IMG/VR virus record: IMGVR_UViG_3300043446_005562
Span: 188,619 to 252,618 of that record
Length of the DNA stretch: 64,000 bases
Reading direction: 5' to 3' (one strand)
Numbering within the stretch: the first letter of the stretch is position 1; each line of letters opens with the position of its first letter. The position numbers were made by a program, and so were the translations under genes. Under the pieces are notes generated by a model. That model made no database searches. It was given only the letters and a program-made list of their open reading frames with translations, and was not told where the DNA came from. Below, one piece after another: positions 10,385-20,356 of this stretch.

Positions 10385-10727
10385 CGCCGTCTATTGTTAT
10401 GTCCAGGCCCAGTGAGGTTTTGTAAATATCGGATATATCGTCTAGCGTAAATGCCCTTGCACCGATTGCGTACTTCTTAGACATCATTACGTAATTTTGA
10501 ATTTGAGTATGAGCCTCTTTTTCAAGCGAATCCAATGGATAGCCTTCAAATTCAAATAGGTATTTTGTAGTATCCAGACCAAAATCAGGTTCACCAAGCA
10601 CTTCGCCCTTTTTGGTCAATAGGGTCATTCTAATCTGCTCAATGGTATTTTCAATATCATTTTCGCAAGAAAACAATCCTTCTCGATAATTTGGGTCACC
10701 CGGCGCTCTAAAATAAAAGTCTATCAT
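10353..10727 (-). CDS. Baseplate wedge gp25-like protein
   Basis: IRMTLLTKKGEVLGEPDFG...YLFE, a GPW/gp25 signature. Confidence 0.7.
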   Translation of the reverse strand: MIDFYFRAPGDPNYREGLFSCENDIENTIEQIRMTLLTKKGEVLGEPDFGLDTTKYLFEFEGYPLDSLEKEAHTQIQNYVMMSKKYAIGARAFTLDDISDIYKTSLGLDITIDGVRSFAALYED

Positions 10728-10732
10728 AGTTC

Positions 10733-11467
10733 TTAAAAATTAACTAGGAACATCCAGTCTGCTGAATTTTCGCCCTTCATCATGTCCATTACTGCAGTAA
10801 GTTCAGCTTCAGCTTTTGTAACTAGAGTTGCGTAATTGGGTTTTACTCCGCCTGGTAAACTATAGTCAAATGCGGTTAACAGGTCGCCCAATCTGATTTT
10901 GGACTTTGCTCTGACGTATCGTTGAAATACTTCATCTTCGTATAGATCCTCGGCGTCTATTTTTTTAGCAACTTGAACAACTGTTTCAGCCAATGGAGTT
11001 CTTCCCATTATTGTTAGCTTTTTAGTGTTTTTATTGTAATCGTAAGCTAGGGTATCAATTGTAAAATTCTTTGCAATATCTAGGAATGAAAATAGAACTG
11101 TCCTGTACATTAAAGATTCACCAATGAACGGTGTCAAGAATATCTCCGAGCCAATGAACTTATTGTCCGCGAAATCTTTATCAAGAGTTCCAAAAATACT
11201 ACCGCCCTTTGCTTCGCGAACCTGGTGCACAAACTGTACGCAGTCTGGCATTTGAATAGCTCTCTCCTTTTTGAAAAGAGGATTTGTAAAAACGTCTTTC
11301 GGTAATAGTAAGTATCTGGGCTCAATTGCATGTCGCCAATTATCATAAAAATAGCGCTCAGCGTTGGTAATAACACGCACTATTTCCGCTTCTGGAATTG
11401 AATAAGGTAGAGCCTTTGCAAAGGTCATCTCATTTTGAATATCAAGTATTAGTTCGGCTTGAGTCAT
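10733..11467 (-). CDS. Neck protein (T4 gp13-like)
   Basis: C-terminal YVRAKSKIRLG...SLPGGVKPN...AEAEL, typical of gp13. Confidence 0.65.
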   Translation of the reverse strand: MTQAELILDIQNEMTFAKALPYSIPEAEIVRVITNAERYFYDNWRHAIEPRYLLLPKDVFTNPLFKKERAIQMPDCVQFVHQVREAKGGSIFGTLDKDFADNKFIGSEIFLTPFIGESLMYRTVLFSFLDIAKNFTIDTLAYDYNKNTKKLTIMGRTPLAETVVQVAKKIDAEDLYEDEVFQRYVRAKSKIRLGDLLTAFDYSLPGGVKPNYATLVTKAEAELTAVMDMMKGENSADWMFLVNF

Positions 11468-11480
11468 TTAATTAGATAAT

Positions 11481-11855
11481 TTAGGCCTTTGGCTGTTGCG
11501 CATCGGCTGTTTTTTGAGCATCCATTCTTTTAGACGCATCTAACAATTTGGCGTCAAGATCACGTTTTTTAGTTTCATAATCTGCTGCCTTTGGATCAAG
11601 TTTCTTGAGTTCAATATTAATATTATCAATCTCAACCTGAATTTCTAACGCCTTGGTCGACTCATCAATCTTTTGGGTTTTAGAGTAGTCAGGCTCAGTT
11701 GTGTCTAATGGGGTCAAATTTGCGCGTTTTACCTGGTTAATGGTCTTTTCCTTTTTAACTGGATCAGCCGGTTTAACGTCAAGCGCGTGTTTCTTGGGAT
11801 CAACTAGCTCGTTGCCCTTTTTGAAATCGTCAAATTTTAAGATTCTATTCTTCAT
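11481..11855 (-). CDS. Hypothetical protein with capsid-targeting-like N-terminus
   Basis: MKNRILKFDDF; GATAAATA at 11876-11883. Confidence 0.55.
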   Translation of the reverse strand: MKNRILKFDDFKKGNELVDPKKHALDVKPADPVKKEKTINQVKRANLTPLDTTEPDYSKTQKIDESTKALEIQVEIDNINIELKKLDPKAADYETKKRDLDAKLLDASKRMDAQKTADAQQPKA

Positions 11856-11874
11856 TTAAGTCTTATTCTTTTTA

Positions 11875-13296
11875 TTATTTATCAAGCCCGCTATTCAGCG
11901 TTGATTTGTGGAATTTAGCATTATCGGGTTCATCTTTACAAAAATCGTTAAAGGTTTTAACCTTTCTTTCTTCAGGATTGGCGCCGTATCGATTAGACAA
12001 CGGATTGGTCTTGAGATCAAATCTAGAATAGGGCTGAGTTGTTACCCAATGAGACGGTAGACCGCCGACTGGCACATTCACATCGTTAGGCATCACATTT
12101 GGATCAATTTGCTGATCAAATGAGTCTGCTGGAATATCATAGGTGCCGACCTCTTCCTTAAGTTCAATTTGACCTGTAACTATTTGCCAAATGAGCTCCT
12201 TATCCGAGCCTTCAGGTAATCCCTTAAAGAAATTTTGTTTGTCTTTTGCCCGAATGAACCCTCTCATTAGGGTACCCGAAACTCCATCTGAGTCCTTTTT
12301 ATTAGGATCCGCTGAGTTTGCCATAGCCTGACTTATCTCAGGTCTCTCGGTTTCAATTCTTTCAAGCTGTCTGATTCCGCCCAACCATTTTTCCATTGCT
12401 GCAAATCTACCCATATCTTCAGGTAGAGCATAGAGATTTATTTTATTATTGGGAGCGTCTTGTGTTTTGCCAAGGGCTTCAACCCATTCGTATGATGATC
12501 TAACTGGTGTTACCTCAGCCGGATGAATCTTAATAGCTGAGTTCTTTTTGAAATAGAGTTTAAGTATCTCAACCGCCATTTTACCTGTAATACCATCCTC
12601 AGGCTTTGGCGAAACAAACACGTGAAATTCATCGTTTTGAGCCGCGTACTTCTCAATCATTTTATAGTGACCAAGATGGGGCGGTTTGAATTTACCGGTA
12701 AAGATTCCAATTCTCTTAATTTCAAGTTTTGGTAGGTGTTTTGCCTTTACTCGATAGGTATTCACTGTGATTGGCAGCTCAGCTTCAAGCTCCTTAGCCA
12801 ATTTTAAATTATTGACATCATCATCGAAAAATTTAAAATCTCGATAGCCCATTTCATAGAGTCTTCTAAATGCCTGCTGTTTCTTTTCAGCAACCGACCC
12901 GTGAAAACCTTCAGCCGGATCGTTAACTGCAATAACAAATTTTGGATGAATATCAATACCGTTTTCCAAAAAGAATTCACGAATCATTGAACCCTTGTTG
13001 CGAGCGGTGATGATTCCAACCGCAGTTGAGTTTTCGTAAGTTTCTTTTAATATGCCAAGTATCTTCTCAACAAGCCGACCAGCCTTTAAAATTTGAGGAT
13101 CTTCAAATTGGCTGTAATTAACCTCATGATGAGGCTGATGCTCGTATTCATTAAATTCCTGTGGAGTTAAATGAAAAATTTCACCGGTTTTAGAGTCCTT
13201 CACAGCGATTCTTGCATTAGTAACAACTAATGTATCATCAAGATCAAATATGGTAATAGATTCTCCGCTAAAAGCCATTTCATTTACTGATTTCAC
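11875..13296 (-). CDS. HAD-family phosphatase fused to HIGH-motif nucleotidyltransferase domain
   Basis: IFDLDDTL / ITAR / FFDDD (HAD), then GKFKPPHLGH and SGTLMR (cytidylyltransferase-like). Confidence 0.7.
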   Translation of the reverse strand: MKSVNEMAFSGESITIFDLDDTLVVTNARIAVKDSKTGEIFHLTPQEFNEYEHQPHHEVNYSQFEDPQILKAGRLVEKILGILKETYENSTAVGIITARNKGSMIREFFLENGIDIHPKFVIAVNDPAEGFHGSVAEKKQQAFRRLYEMGYRDFKFFDDDVNNLKLAKELEAELPITVNTYRVKAKHLPKLEIKRIGIFTGKFKPPHLGHYKMIEKYAAQNDEFHVFVSPKPEDGITGKMAVEILKLYFKKNSAIKIHPAEVTPVRSSYEWVEALGKTQDAPNNKINLYALPEDMGRFAAMEKWLGGIRQLERIETERPEISQAMANSADPNKKDSDGVSGTLMRGFIRAKDKQNFFKGLPEGSDKELIWQIVTGQIELKEEVGTYDIPADSFDQQIDPNVMPNDVNVPVGGLPSHWVTTQPYSRFDLKTNPLSNRYGANPEERKVKTFNDFCKDEPDNAKFHKSTLNSGLDK

Positions 13297-13301
13297 TTAA
13301 A

Positions 13302-14366
13302 TTAAACCTTTAATTTTTGAGCAGCTGTCATCATGCACTCCATTAGGTATTCATGACACTCATTAAGATAAGATTCATAATTTTGAGACTCATCGTCTGT
13401 CATATCATGTTTATGAGCTTCATGAATAAGCACCTCTTCACAAATTCTCTTGATTGCCTGCTTTGCGCTGTCCGATAGACCTGGAACGTAACCTTCTGGC
13501 ATGGCTGACCAACACTCATTCACGAACTGGTCAAACGTATTTGACACCCTACCCTCTGCTAATTTATTGCCATAGGCATGAAATGGAACTGACGATCCGG
13601 GGTGCATTACGTTCCCTGAAATGCCGTGTTCTCGACTGGTGTACTGTGAAAAGCTAATACCTGTAACATCATCCAATGGAATAACTTCACCGTTGTCTGC
13701 TGTGATTTCACCAGTCCTTAGGTCTAATTGAGAAGTTGGATCAGATACTGTGTACTGCTCCCGATAGGCATGAAATTTGATGGGTTGTTTGGGACCATCT
13801 TCCCATTCTTTAATTAAATGTGAAAATACTTTATGATAGTAATTTGGATCATTGCGCTTTTCGCGGTCGGTCTGCATTGCTGTTTTATTATAGACTGCTT
13901 GGCTTGGAACACCACCGGTTGTATCAACTTCCTCTGCTTCAATCGAATCATTGTCAATATGCTCAATCTCCTCATCCCCGGCCCATCTAGTAACCTCCGC
14001 TTCAATTCTGTACTCAATTCCCTCATGCTCACCAACCAGGACAGCATAGCCTAGTCCATCTTCCCAGGTGGTGTATTGGGTATCAAGATCAAAATCAACG
14101 ATTGCCTCTTCTCCCCAAACCGTTCTAATTTTTATGAAAGTCTCGCTACCAATAATTCTTCTAACCTTATAACCTGCTGCTTGAATTTCAGCCAGATCCT
14201 CCGGTTTATTACTCATGATTTTAATAACCGCAGGTTTACCGGGTTGGGCTAAACCCAAACCCTTAAGTCTTCTGTAATTATCTTGATGCGATTTTGGATT
14301 TGCACCGTACTGTGAAACTTCGTCTTCTGCGAATTTTGGAATTCTTCTTTTGCCAAATTTGCCCAT
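13302..14366 (-). CDS. Hypothetical multi-module late protein
   Basis: TATAAATA at 14392-14399; NYRRLKGLGL and internal NTFDQFVNE motifs. Confidence 0.6.
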   Translation of the reverse strand: MGKFGKRRIPKFAEDEVSQYGANPKSHQDNYRRLKGLGLAQPGKPAVIKIMSNKPEDLAEIQAAGYKVRRIIGSETFIKIRTVWGEEAIVDFDLDTQYTTWEDGLGYAVLVGEHEGIEYRIEAEVTRWAGDEEIEHIDNDSIEAEEVDTTGGVPSQAVYNKTAMQTDREKRNDPNYYHKVFSHLIKEWEDGPKQPIKFHAYREQYTVSDPTSQLDLRTGEITADNGEVIPLDDVTGISFSQYTSREHGISGNVMHPGSSVPFHAYGNKLAEGRVSNTFDQFVNECWSAMPEGYVPGLSDSAKQAIKRICEEVLIHEAHKHDMTDDESQNYESYLNECHEYLMECMMTAAQKLKV

Positions 14367-14394
14367 AAATAAAACCCTTTTTTTGTAGGGTTAT

Positions 14395-15159
14395 TTATAT
14401 GGAACTGTTGATATCGGAAACGACCCCTCGTTTAGACACTGCGACCCCGGCGCAGTGGTTTGCATACCGAATAGCCGCATCCAGATCACGAGTTTGTGCG
14501 TATTTGGCGACCAGACCCGCCAGGAAAGAATCGCCCGCTCCGGACACGTCCTTTACCTCAACCCGTTTTTCGGGTTCAATCTCAACCTTGCCGATTCTTG
14601 CGCCCCGATCGCCAAGCGTAACAATTACTTTGAATCCAAAATCCTTTAAGAAGGCCGGATCGTGATTTGGATTGGCCCATTCCTTTGAGTTAATTTTAAT
14701 CCAGGAGAAGCCTCTGGCCCAATAGCCAAGCGGTTTTTTAGTGTCAATAAAGCTCACCTTTGCAATTGTAGCAATATGGCTAAGGGTTTCGGTGTCTAAA
14801 AAACCTTTGCAGTAATCGGACACAACGACAATATCGGCCGCCATGATTCGGTCGGTCAATCGATCGTCGAGCTTTAGCGGCTCAACTGGGCCATCGTGAT
14901 CCACTCTCAATAGAATATAGTTAGAGGCCAGATCAACATAACGATGTTTAATGATATCGCCGCTCTCCTGTTTTAAAAATTTGACCTCGGCCCCAGGTAA
15001 AAGGTCTTTGATATTGGCATAGACATTTGCAGCCATGCCGCCATTGGTCACCTTTTGCCCGCTAACAAACACTGGGGTTGGAGCCTCAGGATTAAGCCGG
15101 GTACAAGTTCCGTATTCAAACACATCGAGGCAATCCTCGCCAATCACTAAAATCTTCAT
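14395..15159 (-). CDS. PfkB-family kinase, HldE/RfaE kinase-domain-like
   Basis: RLNPEAPTPV, GGMAANV, VSDYCKG, DVSGAGDSF. Confidence 0.85.
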   Translation of the reverse strand: MKILVIGEDCLDVFEYGTCTRLNPEAPTPVFVSGQKVTNGGMAANVYANIKDLLPGAEVKFLKQESGDIIKHRYVDLASNYILLRVDHDGPVEPLKLDDRLTDRIMAADIVVVSDYCKGFLDTETLSHIATIAKVSFIDTKKPLGYWARGFSWIKINSKEWANPNHDPAFLKDFGFKVIVTLGDRGARIGKVEIEPEKRVEVKDVSGAGDSFLAGLVAKYAQTRDLDAAIRYANHCAGVAVSKRGVVSDINSSI

Positions 15160-15171
15160 GCAAATATGGTT

Positions 15172-17145
15172 TTATTTTATACAGAGCTTATCGCTCTTCG
15201 CCTTATGGGTGATCACCAGATGATCCCCTTCCTTGATCTTATTGTCTATATAGGCTTCAGCAATGAGGTCCTCTATGTGTGACTGGATCACTCTCTTTAG
15301 GGGTCTGGCTCCAAACTTTGGATCATAGCCCTTTTCAATTAAAAAGTCCTTTGCTGCCTTGGTAACCTCAATCGTGTAGCCGTTCTCTTTGACCCTTTTT
15401 TCAAGGTCAATAATATCAATCTCAATGATTTTACGAACGTCTTCTTTTTCCAAAGAGTTGAAAATTATAATATCGTCAATTCGATTTATGAATTCTGGCG
15501 CAAACTGCTTGCTCACAGCTTTTTGTAATACCTGATTCGCAAGATCCTTTTGCATTTCAATGCTCGATGCGGTTGCAAAACCAATGCCTGCACCAAAGTC
15601 CTGTAGACCCTTGACACCAACGTTTGAGGTCATGATGATCACCGTGTTCTTGAAATCGATTTTACGACCCAAACCGTCCGTCATGTGGCCTTCATCCAAC
15701 ACCTGCAATAGCGTATTGAAGATGTCCGGGTGAGCCTTTTCAATTTCATCCAATAGAATCACCGAATAGGGTTTGCGCTTAACCTTTTCGGTCAATTGCC
15801 CGCCATTTTCGTAACCCACATAGCCCGGAGGCGCGCCCAGCATTTTGCTTGACGTAAATTTCTCGCCGTATTCGCTCATGTCGATTCTAATCAACGCATC
15901 CTCAGATGAGAACATGAATTTTGCGAGCTGCTTAGCCAATTCAGTTTTACCGACGCCAGTTGGGCCCAAGAACATGAAAGTACCGATTGGTTTCTTTTTG
16001 GACTTTAAACCTGCCCTCGCTCTTTGAATTGCTCTAGTTAATTTTTTAACAGCATCAGACTGGCCAATCACGCTTTTAGAGAGGGTCTCTTCCATGCGGG
16101 CAATCTTTTCCAATTCCGAACCTTGTAAGCGACTCACTGGAATGCCAGTCATAGTTGCAACAACTGCTGCAATGTCGGACTCATTAACGGTAAGTCGATT
16201 GATCTTGAGAGAGTCCTCCCATTTCTTTTTTTCTTCCGCAATTTCGTCCATTACCTTTAGAGCCTCGTCCCTAAGCTTGGCCGCAGCTTCGTACTGTTGA
16301 GACTTGACAGCTTTGTCCTTTTTCTCGGTGACTGCTGCCAATTTTTCCTCAAGTTTTTTAATTGAATCTGGTACAACCACTCCGTTGATGTGAACGTTTG
16401 AACCCGCTTCATCCATTAAATCAATCGCCTTATCCGGTAAAAATCTGTCCTGAATGTATCGATCGCTGTAGTTAACGCATGCGTCCAATGCCTCATCCGT
16501 ATAGTGTACTGAATGATGATCCTCGTATTTGGACCTAATGTTTTCCATGATTTGGCGAGTCTCTTCTGGACTTGAAGGATTCACGACGATCTGTTGAAAA
16601 CGACGATTAAGAGCCCCGTCCTTTTCGAATGATCCCCTAAATTCGTCCACAGTAGTTGCGCCAATGCACTGAATCTCTCCACGACTCAGAGCCGGTTTAA
16701 GAATGTTAGCCGCGTCCAACGAACCGCTTGCTGAACCAGCTCCGACCAGAGTATGAATCTCATCTATGAAAAGAATGATGTTGGCATTCTGTTGCACCTC
16801 TTGAATGATTTGCTCCATGCGCTCTTCGAACTGACCTCGATATTTTGTGCCGGCGACCAGGTTCGCAAGTTCAAGCGAAATTATCTTTTTATCAAATAGA
16901 ACTCGTGGACATGTGCGATTAACAATCATCTCAGCTAGACCTTCCACGATTGCGGTTTTACCAACGCCCGGCTCTCCAATCAAGATGGGATTATTTTTCT
17001 TTCTGCGTGCCAGGATTTGGCTGCATCTCTTTATCTCTTGCGCACGACCGACTACTGGATCCAATTTGCCTTCAAATGCTAATTGAGTTAGGTCCTTACC
17101 GAAGGAGTCCAACATTGGAGTTTTACTCTGTGATTGTTTTGCCAT
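15172..17145 (-). CDS. clpC: ClpC-like Clp protease ATPase lacking the N-terminal domain
   Basis: GEPGVGKT and GPTGVGKT Walker A motifs, KYRGQFEER pore loop, UVR-like middle domain, GIGF loop, GARPLKR. Confidence 0.9.
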   Translation of the reverse strand: MAKQSQSKTPMLDSFGKDLTQLAFEGKLDPVVGRAQEIKRCSQILARRKKNNPILIGEPGVGKTAIVEGLAEMIVNRTCPRVLFDKKIISLELANLVAGTKYRGQFEERMEQIIQEVQQNANIILFIDEIHTLVGAGSASGSLDAANILKPALSRGEIQCIGATTVDEFRGSFEKDGALNRRFQQIVVNPSSPEETRQIMENIRSKYEDHHSVHYTDEALDACVNYSDRYIQDRFLPDKAIDLMDEAGSNVHINGVVVPDSIKKLEEKLAAVTEKKDKAVKSQQYEAAAKLRDEALKVMDEIAEEKKKWEDSLKINRLTVNESDIAAVVATMTGIPVSRLQGSELEKIARMEETLSKSVIGQSDAVKKLTRAIQRARAGLKSKKKPIGTFMFLGPTGVGKTELAKQLAKFMFSSEDALIRIDMSEYGEKFTSSKMLGAPPGYVGYENGGQLTEKVKRKPYSVILLDEIEKAHPDIFNTLLQVLDEGHMTDGLGRKIDFKNTVIIMTSNVGVKGLQDFGAGIGFATASSIEMQKDLANQVLQKAVSKQFAPEFINRIDDIIIFNSLEKEDVRKIIEIDIIDLEKRVKENGYTIEVTKAAKDFLIEKGYDPKFGARPLKRVIQSHIEDLIAEAYIDNKIKEGDHLVITHKAKSDKLCIK

Positions 17146-17165
17146 TTATGTTTATTTCTTTTTTA

Positions 17166-17795
17166 TTAGTCCCACCAGCCGCGTAGACCGCTGCCGTCAA
17201 ACTGTTTTTCCCAATTTTCCCAACTCTTTCTGTGTTCAATATTGTCAGTCGTATTTTCAAATTTTGAATAGTCCTGGCCCTTTATTAGGTGCCATAACTC
17301 ATTCCATGAAGACTCTTCGATTTCCCTAGCCCTTGCAAATACTCGTGAATTGTGTTCCTTTTCGGCGGGCGTATCCTGATCCTTAAGCTGTACATAACCC
17401 TCTTTCTCAGCAGGTTCAAACTCCCATGGGTGATGTATGATCTCGCCCAGCTCATCCTCAGCCAATTCAATGAAGTCATCATCAATGAAGTGTTGCATGA
17501 GCTCAGCCGCACGTCTCATTGCCCAAATCTTTTTTGAACTTGTGCTCTCTATCTCATGCCCACGCTCTTCAATTTTTGAGGCCATGTCCACTAGCGCGGT
17601 TTGCATTAGCGGTAGGACCGCATAGGTTCCGCTCCACCATCTGTAATTCCAGACGGCTTTACGAAATCGCCAAATATTCTTGATGCCAGCTGGCAAATCA
17701 TATCTAAAGAAGTCCCAAGTCTTCCAATACCATTTTTCTCGATCAATCATTGCCTTGAAACTTTCAAAGAATGAGTCAGCTAATTTTACTTTCAT
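17166..17795 (-). CDS. Hypothetical protein (ends GWWD)
   Basis: 209-aa ORF in a tightly packed minus-strand array. Confidence 0.6.
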   Translation of the reverse strand: MKVKLADSFFESFKAMIDREKWYWKTWDFFRYDLPAGIKNIWRFRKAVWNYRWWSGTYAVLPLMQTALVDMASKIEERGHEIESTSSKKIWAMRRAAELMQHFIDDDFIELAEDELGEIIHHPWEFEPAEKEGYVQLKDQDTPAEKEHNSRVFARAREIEESSWNELWHLIKGQDYSKFENTTDNIEHRKSWENWEKQFDGSGLRGWWD

Positions 17796-17796
17796 T

Positions 17797-18078
17797 TTAA
17801 TTTGTTGATTGATTAATTATTGTACTATCCGATTGAGATTTCGGCTTTGGCTCCTCGCAGTGTTTCTTTCTACACTGGGCCGGGATCCTTACCGTATCAG
17901 GCTTGGAATAAACTATCTTTTGAACAACGATCGTGTCCTTTTTGATTGTTTTGGGTTCGGGTTTAGCCGGGTCAGCCAGGCTATTGTGAGCTAATGCAAC
18001 AAGTACCATGAGTATCATGATGAAGGCTATGGCAATAATACTTGAACCCAGTATGGTCAATTTTGTGTACTTAGTCAT
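17797..18078 (-). CDS. Hypothetical membrane-anchored protein
   Basis: N-terminal hydrophobic helix. Confidence 0.55.
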   Translation of the reverse strand: MTKYTKLTILGSSIIAIAFIMILMVLVALAHNSLADPAKPEPKTIKKDTIVVQKIVYSKPDTVRIPAQCRKKHCEEPKPKSQSDSTIINQSTN

Positions 18079-18517
18079 TGATGTGAGATATTATTGATTG
18101 TAGTGAGTGCTTTACGTTTTTTCTAAATGCCATTTCCATCTCAGTACGTCGATGTTCAACTTCGTTGACGAAGGCTTGATATAGTGATCTATGAGTCTTT
18201 TGAGAAATCTTAATGGTGTAACCAAACACGTGATTAATAACAATCATTTCATAATCGGTTAGAATTATCAAAAGCTCCTTGTGATCGTTCTTTAAAAAGT
18301 ATTTACCGCTGATTGGACTAATGAGCAATTCACTATCCTGCTTCATCAGCATCTTTTTGAAGAGTAGGGCAGCATCTTTTTCTGAGCTTGTTACGTCAAA
18401 TGGTAATTTCTCAACTGGATTAAAAGATTTCAACATTTTTATTGAAAGTCTCTGTGAAATTCTACGGAACCTGTGAATTATTGGCTTGGCTCGTTGCAGT
18501 AATTGATCGGAATTCAT
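18071..18517 (-). CDS. Hypothetical protein
   Basis: Packed ORF. Confidence 0.55.
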   Translation of the reverse strand: MNSDQLLQRAKPIIHRFRRISQRLSIKMLKSFNPVEKLPFDVTSSEKDAALLFKKMLMKQDSELLISPISGKYFLKNDHKELLIILTDYEMIVINHVFGYTIKISQKTHRSLYQAFVNEVEHRRTEMEMAFRKNVKHSLQSIISHIND

Positions 18518-18530
18518 GATTTAATTGTAC

Positions 18531-18917
18531 TCAAAATTTAAACAAATTTCCTATTATTTTATCAAAATCAATTGACTCGTTTGTGGGTCTCTTTGGCAGC
18601 TCGTATTCTTTGAAATCTTCACTAACTCTACACTCCTCAACAGTTTTCCATAGGCTCTGAATATCATAGCAGATAGGTGAGCCGTCCTTGTCCCAGGCCT
18701 GATTGATCTCGCCACTTAGAGAATCTCTTTCGTATAGGTACCAGTCAATCCAGTCTCGGCCAACCTCGCCGTAATACGCGCTTAATAAAAGGTGTATTAC
18801 CTCAGAGTATTCCTCCTCATACGTAATTAGATCAATCCCTAATTTATTAGCAGCAAAGCTGCGTTCGTGTTGATTTTTGAGTTGAGTGATAATTCTTTCA
18901 AATACTTCAAGCTTCAT
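18531..18917 (-). CDS. Hypothetical protein
   Basis: Packed ORF; DWIDWYLYE motif. Confidence 0.55.
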   Translation of the reverse strand: MKLEVFERIITQLKNQHERSFAANKLGIDLITYEEEYSEVIHLLLSAYYGEVGRDWIDWYLYERDSLSGEINQAWDKDGSPICYDIQSLWKTVEECRVSEDFKEYELPKRPTNESIDFDKIIGNLFKF

Positions 18918-18918
18918 A

Positions 18919-19122
18919 TTAGTCCTTTGTTTCGGTTTCTTTTAACAATATTAAAAAGTCTTCAAGCGCGGTCTCGATGCCCGCTGCAATTAAATTGGTT
19001 AGATCCTCTTCGGTTGAGACCAAATTCATGCTTTGAGCCAGGGCTAGTGATTTAACGGTCATTGTTGCATGATCCTTTGCAATTTCCGGAATGCTCACTT
19101 TATTACTTTCCATTCGATTCAC
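18919..19122 (-). CDS. Hypothetical protein
   Basis: Packed ORF; true start may be the second Met. Confidence 0.45.
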   Translation of the reverse strand: MNRMESNKVSIPEIAKDHATMTVKSLALAQSMNLVSTEEDLTNLIAAGIETALEDFLILLKETETKD

Positions 19123-19471
19123 CGATTTTAAATAATTCGTAATTACTATTTCTGGTCTTGAATTTAATGTATCCTTCCCTTTCTTCCACGATTTCAGTAA
19201 CTCCCGTTGTCTGCCAAGTGAATGAAAATGTAAATGGAGACATCATTAAACTTCTGCCCAGCCCAATTTCATTGTGCTTAGCTTTAAAACGACCGTCGTC
19301 CTCATTAAATTCAAGCCAAATTATCTCTTTAGACTTTTTAGTCAATCCGTCGCGTTCGCGAACCAGTTTCCAATTGAATTCATTTTCAATTACTCCTTGT
19401 TCAATAGCAACCTTCAAGACATTATCTTCCGTTAATGTCATTGGTATTGAGTCTCGTTTAATCTTACTCAT
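19103..19471 (-). CDS. Hypothetical protein
   Basis: Packed ORF; WQTT...KFKTRNSNYEL. Confidence 0.55.
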   Translation of the reverse strand: MSKIKRDSIPMTLTEDNVLKVAIEQGVIENEFNWKLVRERDGLTKKSKEIIWLEFNEDDGRFKAKHNEIGLGRSLMMSPFTFSFTWQTTGVTEIVEEREGYIKFKTRNSNYELFKIGESNGK

Positions 19472-19700
19472 GTTGTTTTATGTTTTTTTCTAATCTACCA
19501 AATGTTTTATCATCAAGTCGATGATTGAGTCGCCTAGATATTTCAAGGTACACTGGCATCTCCAACTCGGCAGCATAGTTCTTTTCAAAAAGCCGAATCA
19601 ATTTTCGAGCAGCTGACTCTTGAAGCGGATGTTCGCACGAGTCAATTACCTTTTCTATCCAATTTGCGACGTCGCCGTAGTGTTTACTTATTGCTGCCAT
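19464..19700 (-). CDS. Hypothetical protein
   Basis: Packed ORF. Confidence 0.5.
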   Translation of the reverse strand: MAAISKHYGDVANWIEKVIDSCEHPLQESAARKLIRLFEKNYAAELEMPVYLEISRRLNHRLDDKTFGRLEKNIKQHE

Positions 19701-19887
19701 TTATAAAATCATTAAATTCTTTTTGAATCTTGTTAACTCTAAGTTCTGCCAGGATGGCGACTCCCACCCACAGAGTGCAGTTAACTTTCCAGAGATCAAT
19801 GGGTCGATCGAATACAAAGTCAGTTGTGTAACTTACGATTAGAGTAACAAGCATGAATGCGTACAAAATTTTTGAGAATGTGTTCAT
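19684..19887 (-). CDS. Small two-TM membrane protein
   Basis: Two hydrophobic segments. Confidence 0.5.
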   Translation of the reverse strand: MNTFSKILYAFMLVTLIVSYTTDFVFDRPIDLWKVNCTLWVGVAILAELRVNKIQKEFNDFINGSNK

Positions 19888-19899
19888 ATTTATACTATA

Positions 19900-20115
19900 C
19901 TATTTTAATTCTTCGTTTATCCTATTTTGAATGTCTTGCGCAATTTTAATCGCGCCAAATTTTGAAATCCAGGTACCAAGCAGAGGTCCGCCATTGAATT
20001 CTATGTACTCTATCAGATTTTGATGTTGGCAATTTTTAAGCCAATTCAGCGCGTGCACGCTAATAGTTTCCGCATAGAATTGCTCATCAGTTTCAATTAG
20101 TCGATTCTCTTCCAT
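19900..20115 (-). CDS. Hypothetical protein
   Basis: Packed ORF. Confidence 0.5.
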   Translation of the reverse strand: MEENRLIETDEQFYAETISVHALNWLKNCQHQNLIEYIEFNGGPLLGTWISKFGAIKIAQDIQNRINEELK

Positions 20116-20116
20116 G

Positions 20117-20356
20117 CTATTTAATGAATTTATAGGTTATTGAATCGCCGACTTGAGTGTAACTACTGCAAGGCACTGTGTCTCCATTTGAGAGCACCGC
20201 GTTCCAACTGGGATTAATTTCGTCGTGTACTGAAATAGGTCTTTTCTTGTAAACCTCAATTACCTTGAATCTCTCAATGGCAACGCATTCAGGTTCTTTT
20301 ATCTCGCATGCTGCAAGTCCAATTGCGCAAACGATCAATAGTGTCAAGTTTTTCAT
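20117..20356 (-). CDS. Putative lipoprotein
   Basis: Signal peptide with LAAC lipobox. Confidence 0.55.
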   Translation of the reverse strand: MKNLTLLIVCAIGLAACEIKEPECVAIERFKVIEVYKKRPISVHDEINPSWNAVLSNGDTVPCSSYTQVGDSITYKFIK

